Shown here in pieces: positions 25,579 to 34,695 of a stretch of 64,000 nucleotides of DNA. The translations under genes and the position numbers were made by a program. Every line of letters begins with the position of its first letter. Position 1 is the stretch's first letter. Source of the DNA: an uncultured Gemmatimonadales bacterium (GTDB lineage: Bacteria; Gemmatimonadota; Gemmatimonadetes; Gemmatimonadales; GWC2-71-9); the NCBI GenBank assembly GCA_965652025.1, contig CBFGTM010000007.1, positions 19,817 to 83,816 on the forward strand, given 5' to 3'. The notes beneath the pieces were generated by a model, which saw only the letters and a program-made list of their open reading frames with translations, did not search any database and was not told the DNA's origin.

Positions 25579-27032
25579 TTACGGTACTGGCCTTTCGCCA
25601 TCTGCTGGTCCGGAAAATTCGATCCCTGTTTCTGCTGCTGGGGTTCTCCCTCGGCGTCGGGGTCATGATCGTGCTTCTCTCCGTAGGGCAGGCGATGCTG
25701 GAGCAGTCGCGTGATGTCTCGCTCGTCGGAGGGGGCGAGGTCACCGTGCTGCCGGAGGGTATCGATGTCGAGGCCATGCGCACCGGTGGCCCCAGCGGCA
25801 TGTTCTTCGGCATCGATCGCGCTCGCTTCCTCACCCGCCAGGTCTTCGGGGGAGTCCGGAACCGCGATCTGATCCGGTCTGCCTCTCCCGTGGTCGAAGG
25901 AAAACTGCTCTACCTGCAACGCTGGGGGCGGATAATCCCGGTTCGGGCCGGGGGTGAGATTCCCAGCAGAGCCGCAGCGGTCGGCTCTGGACTTCAGGTC
26001 ATCGCGGGACGGTGGCAGGATGGTCCGGTGGATTCGAGCTACATCGCGCCGTCGGCCCAGCAGCTCTATGATGAGCTCGACCGCTTTCACCGCCCTGCGC
26101 TACCGGACTCCACCTGGGGAGAGTGGCACTATTTCAACGTCGTAGTGGCAGATAACGAATGGTGGTACCTCACCTATCTGATCGGCGGAGAGGTCCCCTC
26201 TGGCCGCTGGGGTGGACAGCTGCTCGCCACCCACCGGCGGCCCGACGGAGGCTATGAGCGGTTTGCCGCCACGGTCCCGGCGAGCCGCATCACCTTCGAT
26301 ACTACTCGGGCAGATTTGGTCCTTGGCAATAGCAGCGTGGAACAGCGACGGGGGCGGTATCACCTCCGCGCCAAGACCAGGGGGGTCAGCGGTCCTCTCG
26401 ATCTGGAGCTGAATCTCACCCCGCTGGCGAACCGCTACTTCCCGCCGGTCGAGCTTCGGGACGAGGAGTTTGTCTCCGGTTACGTGGTTCCTGGCCTCGC
26501 GGCAACGGCGTCGGGACGAATCTGTGTCGCCGGGCGCTGCCACGGCTTCAGCGATCGGCCGGCATATCACGACCACAACTGGGGTGTGTGGCGAGATGTC
26601 ACCTGGGAATGGGGTGCCGCCCGGGGGCATCAACTCAGCCTTCTGTACGGCGGGGTGTACGGCGCTGAGCGCCGGGAACGGGAGAGCGCTGGTGCCGTCC
26701 AATCCCCCTTCTTTCTGACTGTTGTCGACTCGTCAGGGGTGAAGCAGGTCCTTCGCTTCAGTCGCATCAGCTACTCTGGTTCCCGTACGGCGTCTGGTCG
26801 CCGAGGTCTGACGGCCCCCGCTCACTTTTCGCTACTTGCCACCCGCGAGAGCGACACCCTCAGGCTTTCGGTGAACGTGGCGGACGCCTTGGGTACCGAG
26901 ATGGCCACCAACGGGTTTCGCCGAGTATTTCTGCAGATGCGAGGAAGCTTCAGACTGGCAGGTACGGTGCTGGGACAGGAAGTGACCGATTCCGGGACCG
27001 GCTTCTTCGAGACTTACCTCATCCCCCGCTAG
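25575..27032 (+). CDS. Membrane-anchored protein of unknown function (possible AttH/CrtC-like domain)
   Basis: 485 aa. One N-terminal TM helix, then a Trp-rich, beta-rich domain (WHYFNVVV, DHNWGVWRDVTWEWG). ATGA-coupled to the ABC ATPase, as attH is in attEFGH operons. Family call is from memory only. Confidence 0.4.
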   Translation: MITVLAFRHLLVRKIRSLFLLLGFSLGVGVMIVLLSVGQAMLEQSRDVSLVGGGEVTVLPEGIDVEAMRTGGPSGMFFGIDRARFLTRQVFGGVRNRDLIRSASPVVEGKLLYLQRWGRIIPVRAGGEIPSRAAAVGSGLQVIAGRWQDGPVDSSYIAPSAQQLYDELDRFHRPALPDSTWGEWHYFNVVVADNEWWYLTYLIGGEVPSGRWGGQLLATHRRPDGGYERFAATVPASRITFDTTRADLVLGNSSVEQRRGRYHLRAKTRGVSGPLDLELNLTPLANRYFPPVELRDEEFVSGYVVPGLAATASGRICVAGRCHGFSDRPAYHDHNWGVWRDVTWEWGAARGHQLSLLYGGVYGAERRERESAGAVQSPFFLTVVDSSGVKQVLRFSRISYSGSRTASGRRGLTAPAHFSLLATRESDTLRLSVNVADALGTEMATNGFRRVFLQMRGSFRLAGTVLGQEVTDSGTGFFETYLIPR

Positions 27033-28048
27033 GCGCTTGCCATCGCCGCCTCTTCGGCAGCGTACAGCTCAGGCCCGGGATCGCCGGTGGGGAATGGGGT
27101 GGCCTGCTCCCATGCAATCGTGCGGCGCATACCATCTTCACTGGAGATGGACTCAGTGAACTCCAGCTCGGCACGGAGCCGGCGGGTGTCCATGACCAGG
27201 TTTTGACTGGGCTGGAACGGTGGACGAAGATGGGCCGGAACCTGTGCCGCGGGTAAAGCGACAACTTTGCCTCTCCATCCCGCCAACACTCCAATTTCGG
27301 CGACTCGCTCAGCCATGGTGGGGACAATCAGCTCGCCCACATTGTAGACCCTTCCGGTTGACCGCTCGTCCGTGACCGCCCGGACGATGGCTTCCGCCAC
27401 ATTCTCCACGTAGCCATGACTCCAGCGCCATCCGGCTTGAGCCGCATCCATTGGTATCCCCGGTCGGCCGTCCTGCATCCGCTTGATGTAAGGCCGAAAC
27501 CTTCGCTGGGGATCACCCGGTCCATACACGGCGGGTAGTCGCAGTACCGTCGCCGGTATAGAGCCGGCGAACAGGGCCCGCTCGGCCAGAATCTTCTCGT
27601 AGTGATAGGTCCAGTCTGATGGACCGCTGGCCTTCGAGCGGTAGGGGTAAAGGACGTCGCGAAGGGGAGCGTCCTCGGTGAGCGGTTGTGGCTCCGGTGG
27701 GCCGGCCTCGAGTCCGATCAGGCGCCCGTAGGCGCGATACACATCACCGCTGCTGACCGCGATGATTCGCCCGGTCACTCCGGTGAAGCGGGCCACGGCC
27801 GCTTGAGTGTCCTCATCTCCGACCGGAAACATGTGGAGGACAAGGTCTGGTGCCGGCTGGCTGAGCTCCGAGGGAAAATGCAGGAACGGGATGGCGGCTC
27901 TAGGGCTGTGGATGTGCCGCACGCCGGAGGGAAGTTCGGGCTCGTGGAGGCCCCGATGGAAGACCGTGATCTCGTGCCCCCGGTGGTGCAGGCGTCTCAC
28001 CACGGGGGGACCGATGAAGTTGGTTCCGCCCAGAACCAGAACCCGCAT
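27029..28048 (-). CDS. NAD-dependent epimerase/dehydratase (extended SDR)
   Basis: MRVLVLGGTNFIGPPVVRRL (GxxGxxG). 339 aa. Directly downstream of the TPR/barrel gene on the same strand. Confidence 0.85.
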   Translation of the reverse strand: MRVLVLGGTNFIGPPVVRRLHHRGHEITVFHRGLHEPELPSGVRHIHSPRAAIPFLHFPSELSQPAPDLVLHMFPVGDEDTQAAVARFTGVTGRIIAVSSGDVYRAYGRLIGLEAGPPEPQPLTEDAPLRDVLYPYRSKASGPSDWTYHYEKILAERALFAGSIPATVLRLPAVYGPGDPQRRFRPYIKRMQDGRPGIPMDAAQAGWRWSHGYVENVAEAIVRAVTDERSTGRVYNVGELIVPTMAERVAEIGVLAGWRGKVVALPAAQVPAHLRPPFQPSQNLVMDTRRLRAELEFTESISSEDGMRRTIAWEQATPFPTGDPGPELYAAEEAAMASA

Positions 28049-28058
28049 GGCCCTCAGG

Positions 28059-29660
28059 TTATAGGCCGAGCCTCAGCGACAGCCCGGCGGACCGGTACCG
28101 GAATGCTCCAGTGGTGGAACTGACCGCGCTGTTGGTGACCATGCCAAAGAGCTCGAGCCGGTTGCCGCTGCCCCATCGGGGTCCGACCCGACCCTCCAGG
28201 TGCCACTCGGTCTGGGCTGCGCCGCTCGCGCCGATCTGCTGAGCCCCGAGTCCGCCACTCAGGTTGACCAGCCAGGACCGGCTTTCCTGGGTGTAGCCCG
28301 CGGTGCCCTCCAGCACCGAAAACCGATCGGGCGAAAAATAGCCTATGCCTCTCTGTTCATAGCTCAGGGTTCGGCCAAAGACGCCGGCGTAAAAACGGCG
28401 GCCAATCTTCTGGTTCAATCCTCCGGCGAAGCTGGTGCGACTGTTTCCGTCGCTGAGCCAGAGGCCCCCGGCTGCGCCGAACACGGTGAGCGTGGTCGTG
28501 GGCCTGACGTCGAAGCCACCCTCCAGCGACTCCATATCCAGCGCCAACTCGAATAGAGACGCGATCTCGTCGAAGGGCTGCCGGGAGTACGCCGCACTCA
28601 GACCAACTCGGGAATTGGGACGATAGCCGACCCGGGCGCGGTAGGTGGCGGCGGTCCGCTCCGGCGCTACCTCGGGCTTCAGGCGACGAGCCCCGGCGGC
28701 GGCGAAGAGTTGCAGTCCTCCCGAGGAGAGCGAGAGGCCGGCTTCGCCACCGACTCGAGAGGCCTCCCGGACCGGATCGCTGGTTTCCAGCGCGTTCACC
28801 GACCCGTAAATCCCCACTGTTCCACCCAGAGGCCCGTGGGCAGCGAGCGTCTGCCAGAAGCTGGTGTTCTGGTCGGAATCGTTGCTCCAATATGCCGCAG
28901 GCTCGAGCGAGGCTTGGGTAGCTACGCGCACTGCCTGGCGAAGCTCGCGGCCGGCCTTGTTGGTAGAGTCTATTGCCAGGGCGTAGCCGGCTTGTCGCAC
29001 GGCAGCCGCTGCTCGGCCCTGCCAGAGGTACACATAGCCGAGTCCCACCCGGGCCTCGACGTCTCGCGAGTTTCGTTGGAGTAGAGTGCGGTATTCGGTT
29101 TCCGCCCGCGCCAGATCACCTCTCCATGCGCTCACCTGGGCCGCTCCCAGACGCGCATCGCGATCGGTGCTATCGGTCGCGATCATGCGACGGTAAGCGG
29201 CTGCGGCCTGGTCCAGCCGGCCGGCCCAGGCCAGGGTGCGGGCTCGACCCAGCTGCGCTTCGTGCAGTCGCGGCTGTTGAGCCAGCAGACTGTCATACGA
29301 GCTCAGAGCCTCGTCGTAGCGTCCGGTCCAGGCCGTCACCCGGGCCTGAATCAGTCGAATGTCGGGATCCGCCGGATCGCCCGCCCGAGCTCGGCCGATC
29401 AGGACCAGGGAGGAATCGAGCTTCCCCTCCCAGGAAAGAAGCACGCCGAGCCGGAGATTTGCCCGGACGTTGTGCGGCTCCTGAGCCAGGACACGAAGGT
29501 ACGCCGCCCGGGCAGCATCGTACCGGCCTTCGAGCCAGGCCTGATCCGCGGCTTGGGTTTGCTGAGCTGCCAAACCGGTGACTACGAACAGCCCGATGAC
29601 CGCCGTGATGAGCAGATCGCGTCTCCAGAGGCCTGGGCGCGTTTTGCACGGCGCCCTCAT
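28059..29660 (-). CDS. TPR-repeat protein with C-terminal beta-barrel-like domain (PgaA/BcsC/NfrA-type polysaccharide export candidate)
   Basis: Signal/TM LLITAVIGLFVVTGLAAQQ from ATG 29660, about 250 aa of TPR (AWLEGRYDAARAAYLRVL...), then an alternating Gly/aromatic beta-strand pattern to the C-terminus. Confidence 0.6.
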   Translation of the reverse strand: MRAPCKTRPGLWRRDLLITAVIGLFVVTGLAAQQTQAADQAWLEGRYDAARAAYLRVLAQEPHNVRANLRLGVLLSWEGKLDSSLVLIGRARAGDPADPDIRLIQARVTAWTGRYDEALSSYDSLLAQQPRLHEAQLGRARTLAWAGRLDQAAAAYRRMIATDSTDRDARLGAAQVSAWRGDLARAETEYRTLLQRNSRDVEARVGLGYVYLWQGRAAAAVRQAGYALAIDSTNKAGRELRQAVRVATQASLEPAAYWSNDSDQNTSFWQTLAAHGPLGGTVGIYGSVNALETSDPVREASRVGGEAGLSLSSGGLQLFAAAGARRLKPEVAPERTAATYRARVGYRPNSRVGLSAAYSRQPFDEIASLFELALDMESLEGGFDVRPTTTLTVFGAAGGLWLSDGNSRTSFAGGLNQKIGRRFYAGVFGRTLSYEQRGIGYFSPDRFSVLEGTAGYTQESRSWLVNLSGGLGAQQIGASGAAQTEWHLEGRVGPRWGSGNRLELFGMVTNSAVSSTTGAFRYRSAGLSLRLGL

Positions 29661-29824
29661 CGGCGCTCCGGACTGAATTGTCTGCCGGTATTGCAATGCG
29701 GTATCAGTCAAAGACTTGCTGCCAGAAACGGCGCCCGGGGGTAGGGAACGGAAGTTGCCCCGCAAGTTTGAAGCCCACCAACCCCTACTGCGATCGAACG
29801 TCGGTCCGTGGAGATACTTCCGGC

Positions 29825-30892
29825 ATGGCACCTGTCATTCCGCTCGAGCCACTGAGAAATGCTGTGCTGGCCCTGGGCGGTGCAGTGCTGCTCCTGGCGA
29901 TGTTCCTCCTGCTCGAGCGCGGCCTGGCACTGCTCGCCAGGACCCGCGCCGCGCGACGTGAGCCCGCACTCACCCGTGCGATCTACGACGCGCTGCAGAG
30001 CTCCCCGGCGGACGCGCGCCGTCTGCCTCGGCTCAGTCGATTCGACCGCAAGCTGGTCCGTTCCATCCTCCTCGACCTGGCACTTGACCTTCGCGGCGAA
30101 ACCGCTGAAGCCATCGCCAGTCTCTATCGCCAACTCGGCTTTCTTCGGCGCGATCTGCGCCGGATGAAATCGTGGCGTGCGACCACCCGGGCCAACACCG
30201 CCGCGGACCTCGGCCTCACTCATGCCGCCGAAGCTATTCCTGCCTTGCTCGAGGCGATGGACGATGATGATGTCCGAGTTCGCCAAGCGGCGGTCTGGGC
30301 AGTAGGTCAGGTGGGAACAGCGGCCACCTTGAGGGGTGTGGTCCGCCTGCTGGGCGACCGCAACCTCATCGTCGCCCATCGGGCCCAGGAGGTGCTTGCG
30401 GAGCGGGGGCGGGAGGTTGGAGATGCGATCCTTACCTACGCCGAGACGACGTCGAATCGCCCCGGCCGTCTCGCTGCCATCGAGTTGATCGGCTGGCTTC
30501 GGCTGACCAATGGCGCCCGCCTGCTTCACGGCTTCGTCAGTGATCTGGACCCGGAGATCAGGGTCAAGAGTGTAAAGGCCGCGGCCGCCATCGGCGATCC
30601 GACATTCCTGGAGCCGTTTCACCTCCGCCTCCAGGACTCCAGCTGGCCGGTTCGCTGCCAGGCCGCCAAGGGACTCAGCCTCTTCGGAAGCCCGGAGAGT
30701 GTCCCCCAGCTCACCGCGGCGTTGCGGGACGCGCAGTGGTGGGTGCGCTTCTATGCCGCTATTGCCTTGGCCGAAGTGGGCCCCGCCGGTGTCGAGGCTC
30801 TCAGCGCTGCCCTGCAGGATCCCCAGCCGGCAGTGCGTGACATGGCTCGCTATCTCCTCGAGCGGGGAGAGGCGGTTCCGGCGCTGCCATGA
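29825..30892 (+). CDS. Membrane-anchored HEAT-repeat protein
   Basis: One N-terminal TM (AVLALGGAVLLLAMFLLL), then repeated PBS-lyase-type HEAT units (...DDDVRVRQAAVWAVGQVG, DPEIRVKSVKAAAAIGD, SWPVRCQAAKGL, QWWVRFYAAIALAEVG, QPAVRDMARYLL). Confidence 0.7.
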   Translation: MAPVIPLEPLRNAVLALGGAVLLLAMFLLLERGLALLARTRAARREPALTRAIYDALQSSPADARRLPRLSRFDRKLVRSILLDLALDLRGETAEAIASLYRQLGFLRRDLRRMKSWRATTRANTAADLGLTHAAEAIPALLEAMDDDDVRVRQAAVWAVGQVGTAATLRGVVRLLGDRNLIVAHRAQEVLAERGREVGDAILTYAETTSNRPGRLAAIELIGWLRLTNGARLLHGFVSDLDPEIRVKSVKAAAAIGDPTFLEPFHLRLQDSSWPVRCQAAKGLSLFGSPESVPQLTAALRDAQWWVRFYAAIALAEVGPAGVEALSAALQDPQPAVRDMARYLLERGEAVPALP

Positions 30893-32310
30893 TGCGGTCG
30901 TATCTGGAGAACGCGCTCGGCTGGTACACCAGCTTCATTCTGGTCTTCTTTCTTGCGATCAACTCGTACTATCTGGTCCTTACTCTGGCCGGATTCTGGC
31001 GGACTCTGAGGGTTTTTAAGGAAGTGCGCCGTCCCGACCAACGCCGGTTACTGCGCTCGCCGCTGACTCCGCCGGTTTCGGTGCTGGCCCCGGCCTTCAA
31101 TGAGGAGGCCAACGTGGTCGAGAACGTGCGATCGCTGCTCATGCTGGATTACCCGCTCTACGAGGTCATACTGGTCAACGATGGCTCCCGAGACCGGACC
31201 CTGGGCCACCTGATCGACGCCTTCGATCTGCGAAAGAGCGGTCGAACCTTCGAGCAGGCGCTTCCCAGCAGACCGATCCGCGGAGTCTATGAATCTCCCA
31301 CCTATCCCAACCTGGTCGTGGTGGACAAAGTAAACGGCGGCAAGGCCGACGCCCTGAATGCCGGGCTCAATCTCAGCCTCTACCCGATCTTCTGCGCGAT
31401 AGATGCTGACTCCATTCTGGAGCCGGACGCACTGCTTCGGCTGGTCCGGCCCTTCGTGGACGCGCCCGGGGTTACCATCGCAGCCGGTGGAGTAGTGCGG
31501 GTGGCCAATGGATGCGACATCCATGGCGGCCGGGTGCACCAGGTCCGGCTCCCCCGACAGCCACTCCCGCTGATCCAGATCGTGGAATATCTCCGGGCCT
31601 TCCTGTTCGGACGGATGGGATGGAGCACCGGGAACTCCCTGCTCGTCATCTCCGGAGCGTTCGGGCTGTTCGACAAGAAGGCCGCCATCCAAGCCGGCGG
31701 CTACGCCACCGATACCGTGGGCGAGGACATGGAGCTGGTAGTGCGAATGCACCGAAACCGGCGTGAGCGCCGTCTCCCCTATCGCATAGGGTTCGTGCCC
31801 GATCCGATCTGCTGGACCGAGGTGCCGGAGAAACTCCGCACCCTGCGCCGGCAGCGCACCCGCTGGCAACGCGGCCTCATCGATACTCTCCTGCGCCACC
31901 GCGGCATGGTTGGGCGCCCTCGCTATGGAAATGTCGGGATGATTGCGTTGCCCGGGTTCCTGGTCTTCGAGATGGTCAGCCCACTGGTGGAAATGTCCGG
32001 TTACCTCTTGCTGCCGCTGCTGTGGTGGTTCGGTCTGCTCAGCCCCACGGTTGCCGGCGCCTTCTTCGTGCTGGCCCTCATGTATATGGTGCTCGTCTCC
32101 GCCCTGGCGGTGCTGCTGGAAAACCTCGCCTTCCAGAGGTATGCCAGTCTCGGTGACCTGGCCCGGCTTCTCGTCGCTGCAGTCCTGGAGAACTTCGGCT
32201 TCCGGCAACTCACCGTCTGGTGGCGAATCCAGGCTTTCTGGCAGTATCTGCGGGGAGATCTGTCCTGGGGTGCCATGGAACGTCGCGGCGTAGCGGCGAG
32301 GACTGCATGA
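30889..32310 (+). CDS. Processive family 2 glycosyltransferase (PgaC/NodC/cellulose-synthase-like polysaccharide synthase)
   Basis: Two N-terminal TMs, VSVLAPAFNEE, VILVNDGSRD, CAIDADS, GEDMEL, QRTRWQRG (QxxRW), C-terminal TM bundle. ATGA overlap with the HEAT gene. Confidence 0.85.
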   Translation: MMRSYLENALGWYTSFILVFFLAINSYYLVLTLAGFWRTLRVFKEVRRPDQRRLLRSPLTPPVSVLAPAFNEEANVVENVRSLLMLDYPLYEVILVNDGSRDRTLGHLIDAFDLRKSGRTFEQALPSRPIRGVYESPTYPNLVVVDKVNGGKADALNAGLNLSLYPIFCAIDADSILEPDALLRLVRPFVDAPGVTIAAGGVVRVANGCDIHGGRVHQVRLPRQPLPLIQIVEYLRAFLFGRMGWSTGNSLLVISGAFGLFDKKAAIQAGGYATDTVGEDMELVVRMHRNRRERRLPYRIGFVPDPICWTEVPEKLRTLRRQRTRWQRGLIDTLLRHRGMVGRPRYGNVGMIALPGFLVFEMVSPLVEMSGYLLLPLLWWFGLLSPTVAGAFFVLALMYMVLVSALAVLLENLAFQRYASLGDLARLLVAAVLENFGFRQLTVWWRIQAFWQYLRGDLSWGAMERRGVAARTA

Positions 32311-34298
32311 CCCTCACTCTCCGTCCCAAGCAAAGCCCCCAGAACGGCGCCGCCCTGGTTGCCGCCGCCTCCGGAGCGAGCGTCGCGGCGCTCGGCGGGC
32401 TGGTGGTGGCCGGATGGCTCACGGTTGCGGTGGCCTTGATCCAGGTTCTACCGGGCTTCCCGCCGATGCAGTACAACACGGCGCTGGGGTTCATGATCTG
32501 CGGCGCGGCGCTGCTGACCGCCGCACTCGAACAGCGGCGGCCCACGTTGCTTCTGGGCGGCCTGGCGACCGGCATGGGCATCGCCACCCTGGTTCAGTAC
32601 GTCTTCCACACTGATCTCGGCATCGACGATCTGATGCTGGAGACCTACCTCCTCACCGGCGTCTCCAATCCCGGCCGGATGCCCCCCAACACCGCGGTTG
32701 CATTGACCCTGATCGGCACCGCGCTGCTCGGTCTCTCCTGCCGGCCACTTTCCCGATCCCGGCATCTCTATCCTGCGCTCCTGGGCACGATTGTCATCTC
32801 ACTGGGAACTGCCGCGCTGGTGGGCTATGCGGCCAGAGTGCCGGGCGCTTATGGGTGGGGCCACTTCAATCCCATGTCGGTTCATACTGCCCTTGGATTG
32901 ATACTCCTGGGTGGTGGCATCGTCGGACTCGCGTGGAACGCAACCCAGAGACCATCGTCTGAAACGCCTCCCTGGCTGCCGACGCTGGTGGCGGTCGCGG
33001 TCGGTACGGTGACTATCTGCATGTGGTATGCCCTGGCCGTCGGTCCCCGGACGCCGTTCGGACGCATAGTTCTGCCACCGACCCCCATCGGCCCGGCTCT
33101 TCCAAATATCACCCTGGCAGCGGGGCTGCTGAGTGCCCTCCTGGTAGGGTGGTCGCTACGGGTGGAACAGACCTCCCGCCGGAGGGCGATCTCCCTCGCT
33201 GCGACGAACCTTGCCCTGAGCCAGCAGAGTCAGGCTCGCGAGCAGGCGGAGGAACGGGTTCATCAGCTGGCAGCGATTGTTGAGCATTCCAACGACGCGA
33301 TCATCGCGACTTCACTCGACGGAACGATCCTGACCTGGAATGCGGGGGCCGAGCGGCTGTACGGATACAGCCAGGCCGAGGTGCAGGGACGTCACGTGTC
33401 CCTGCTCCACGTGCGGAAGCACACTGGGGAGGAGCTGTTCGGGCGGATCATGCGAGGTGACCTGGTTGAGCAGCTCGAGGCAACCAATCTCACCCGCAAT
33501 GGACGGAAGATCGATGTCGCCCTCACGGTCTCGCCCATGCTGGATCGCGCTGGGAGGATCATCGGAGCTTCGACCATTGCCCGTGACATCACCGAGCGCA
33601 AGCAGCTGGAGCAGATGAAGGACGACTTCGTGGGAACCGTCTCCCACGAGCTCCGCACCCCACTGACAGCCATCAAGGGCTTCATCGAGCTGGTGGTGGA
33701 CGGAGACGCCGGCCCGCTCACCGAATCGCAGCGGGAGTTCCTTCATATCGCCGCTCGAAACACGGACCGGCTGGGGAGCCTGATCAACGACCTCCTGGAT
33801 GTGAACCAGATCGACTCCCAGCGGCTCGAGATCCGAACCCAGCCTACCGACCTGGTCGCCCTACTTCAGGATGTCGCAAAGACCTTTCGGTCCATGGCGG
33901 AGGCCAAGGGGCTCGACCTCCAGGTCCAGATCGACCGTCTTCCGACGATCACGGGGGACGGGCCTCGGCTGGTTCAGGTCTTCAGTAACCTGGTCTCCAA
34001 TGCCATCAAGTACACGCCTAGTGGAGAAGTCGGCATTCGGGCACGGGTCGCGCAGAACGGGGTGGAGGTTATCGTGCATGACTCCGGGATCGGGTTGAGC
34101 TCGGATGAGCAGGGGCAGCTCTTCACCAAGTTCTTCCGGGCCCGCAATCCGATCGTCACCGAGTCAGGCGGCACCGGGCTGGGGCTGGTCATTGCCAAGG
34201 GTATCATCGAAAAGCACCACGGCACGATCGAAGTCGCCAGCGTAGTCGGGGAGGGCACCCGCTTCAGGGTGGTGCTTCCGCTCTCGTCCGCCAGATAG
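32307..34298 (+). CDS. Membrane sensor histidine kinase (multi-TM input, PAS, HisKA, HATPase_c)
   Basis: About 280 aa of TM helices, PAS (...IIATSLDGTILTWNAGAERLYGY...), H-box VSHELRTPLTAI, NLVSNAIKYT, DSGIGL, GTGLGLVI. ATGA overlap with the synthase stop. Confidence 0.85.
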   Translation: MTLTLRPKQSPQNGAALVAAASGASVAALGGLVVAGWLTVAVALIQVLPGFPPMQYNTALGFMICGAALLTAALEQRRPTLLLGGLATGMGIATLVQYVFHTDLGIDDLMLETYLLTGVSNPGRMPPNTAVALTLIGTALLGLSCRPLSRSRHLYPALLGTIVISLGTAALVGYAARVPGAYGWGHFNPMSVHTALGLILLGGGIVGLAWNATQRPSSETPPWLPTLVAVAVGTVTICMWYALAVGPRTPFGRIVLPPTPIGPALPNITLAAGLLSALLVGWSLRVEQTSRRRAISLAATNLALSQQSQAREQAEERVHQLAAIVEHSNDAIIATSLDGTILTWNAGAERLYGYSQAEVQGRHVSLLHVRKHTGEELFGRIMRGDLVEQLEATNLTRNGRKIDVALTVSPMLDRAGRIIGASTIARDITERKQLEQMKDDFVGTVSHELRTPLTAIKGFIELVVDGDAGPLTESQREFLHIAARNTDRLGSLINDLLDVNQIDSQRLEIRTQPTDLVALLQDVAKTFRSMAEAKGLDLQVQIDRLPTITGDGPRLVQVFSNLVSNAIKYTPSGEVGIRARVAQNGVEVIVHDSGIGLSSDEQGQLFTKFFRARNPIVTESGGTGLGLVIAKGIIEKHHGTIEVASVVGEGTRFRVVLPLSSAR

Positions 34299-34308
34299 GA
34301 TCCGGGAC

Positions 34309-34695
34309 ATGGCAAAGATCCTCGTGGCGGAAGATGAAAAGCAGATCGGCGACATGATCGCGTTCAAGCTCAGCAACAGTGGGCATCAGGTGGTGCGAGC
34401 ACCCGATGGTGAACAGGCGATCAAGTTGGCCAGTCGAGAGCTGCCCGATCTGATCCTGCTCGATGCTATGATGCCTGGGCTGAGCGGCTTCGAAGTTCTC
34501 CGGCGCCTCAAGGGGGATACCTCGTTGCGAGCGATCCCGGTCATCATGGTGACGGCAAAGGGGCACGAGCGGGACGTCTTGAACGGGCTTCGGGGTGGTG
34601 CCGTCGATTACATCGTCAAGCCTTTCAGTTTGAAGGAGCTCTCCGCTCGGGTGGAGCTGGCGCTTCGGCGAGAGCCTCCTGCCATACAGCTCTAA
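34309..34695 (+). CDS. Single-domain response regulator (CheY-like receiver)
   Basis: 128 aa. ILVAEDE, LILLDAMMPGLSG (phospho-Asp), VTAK, KPF. No output domain. Confidence 0.9.
   Translation: MAKILVAEDEKQIGDMIAFKLSNSGHQVVRAPDGEQAIKLASRELPDLILLDAMMPGLSGFEVLRRLKGDTSLRAIPVIMVTAKGHERDVLNGLRGGAVDYIVKPFSLKELSARVELALRREPPAIQL

Noticed and set aside
31048-32208. 386-aa minus-strand ORF
   Set aside because: Antisense to the GT2 synthase (DxD, QxxRW). His/Gly/Gln/Pro-rich with no family resemblance.
34625-34695. 71-nt tail-to-tail overlap of the receiver gene and the TPR/glycosidase gene, considered as a sign of a frameshift or mis-call
   Set aside because: Both frames are supported up to near their ends and no better stop exists. 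Convergent overlaps of this size occur in compact high-GC genomes, so it is noted only.
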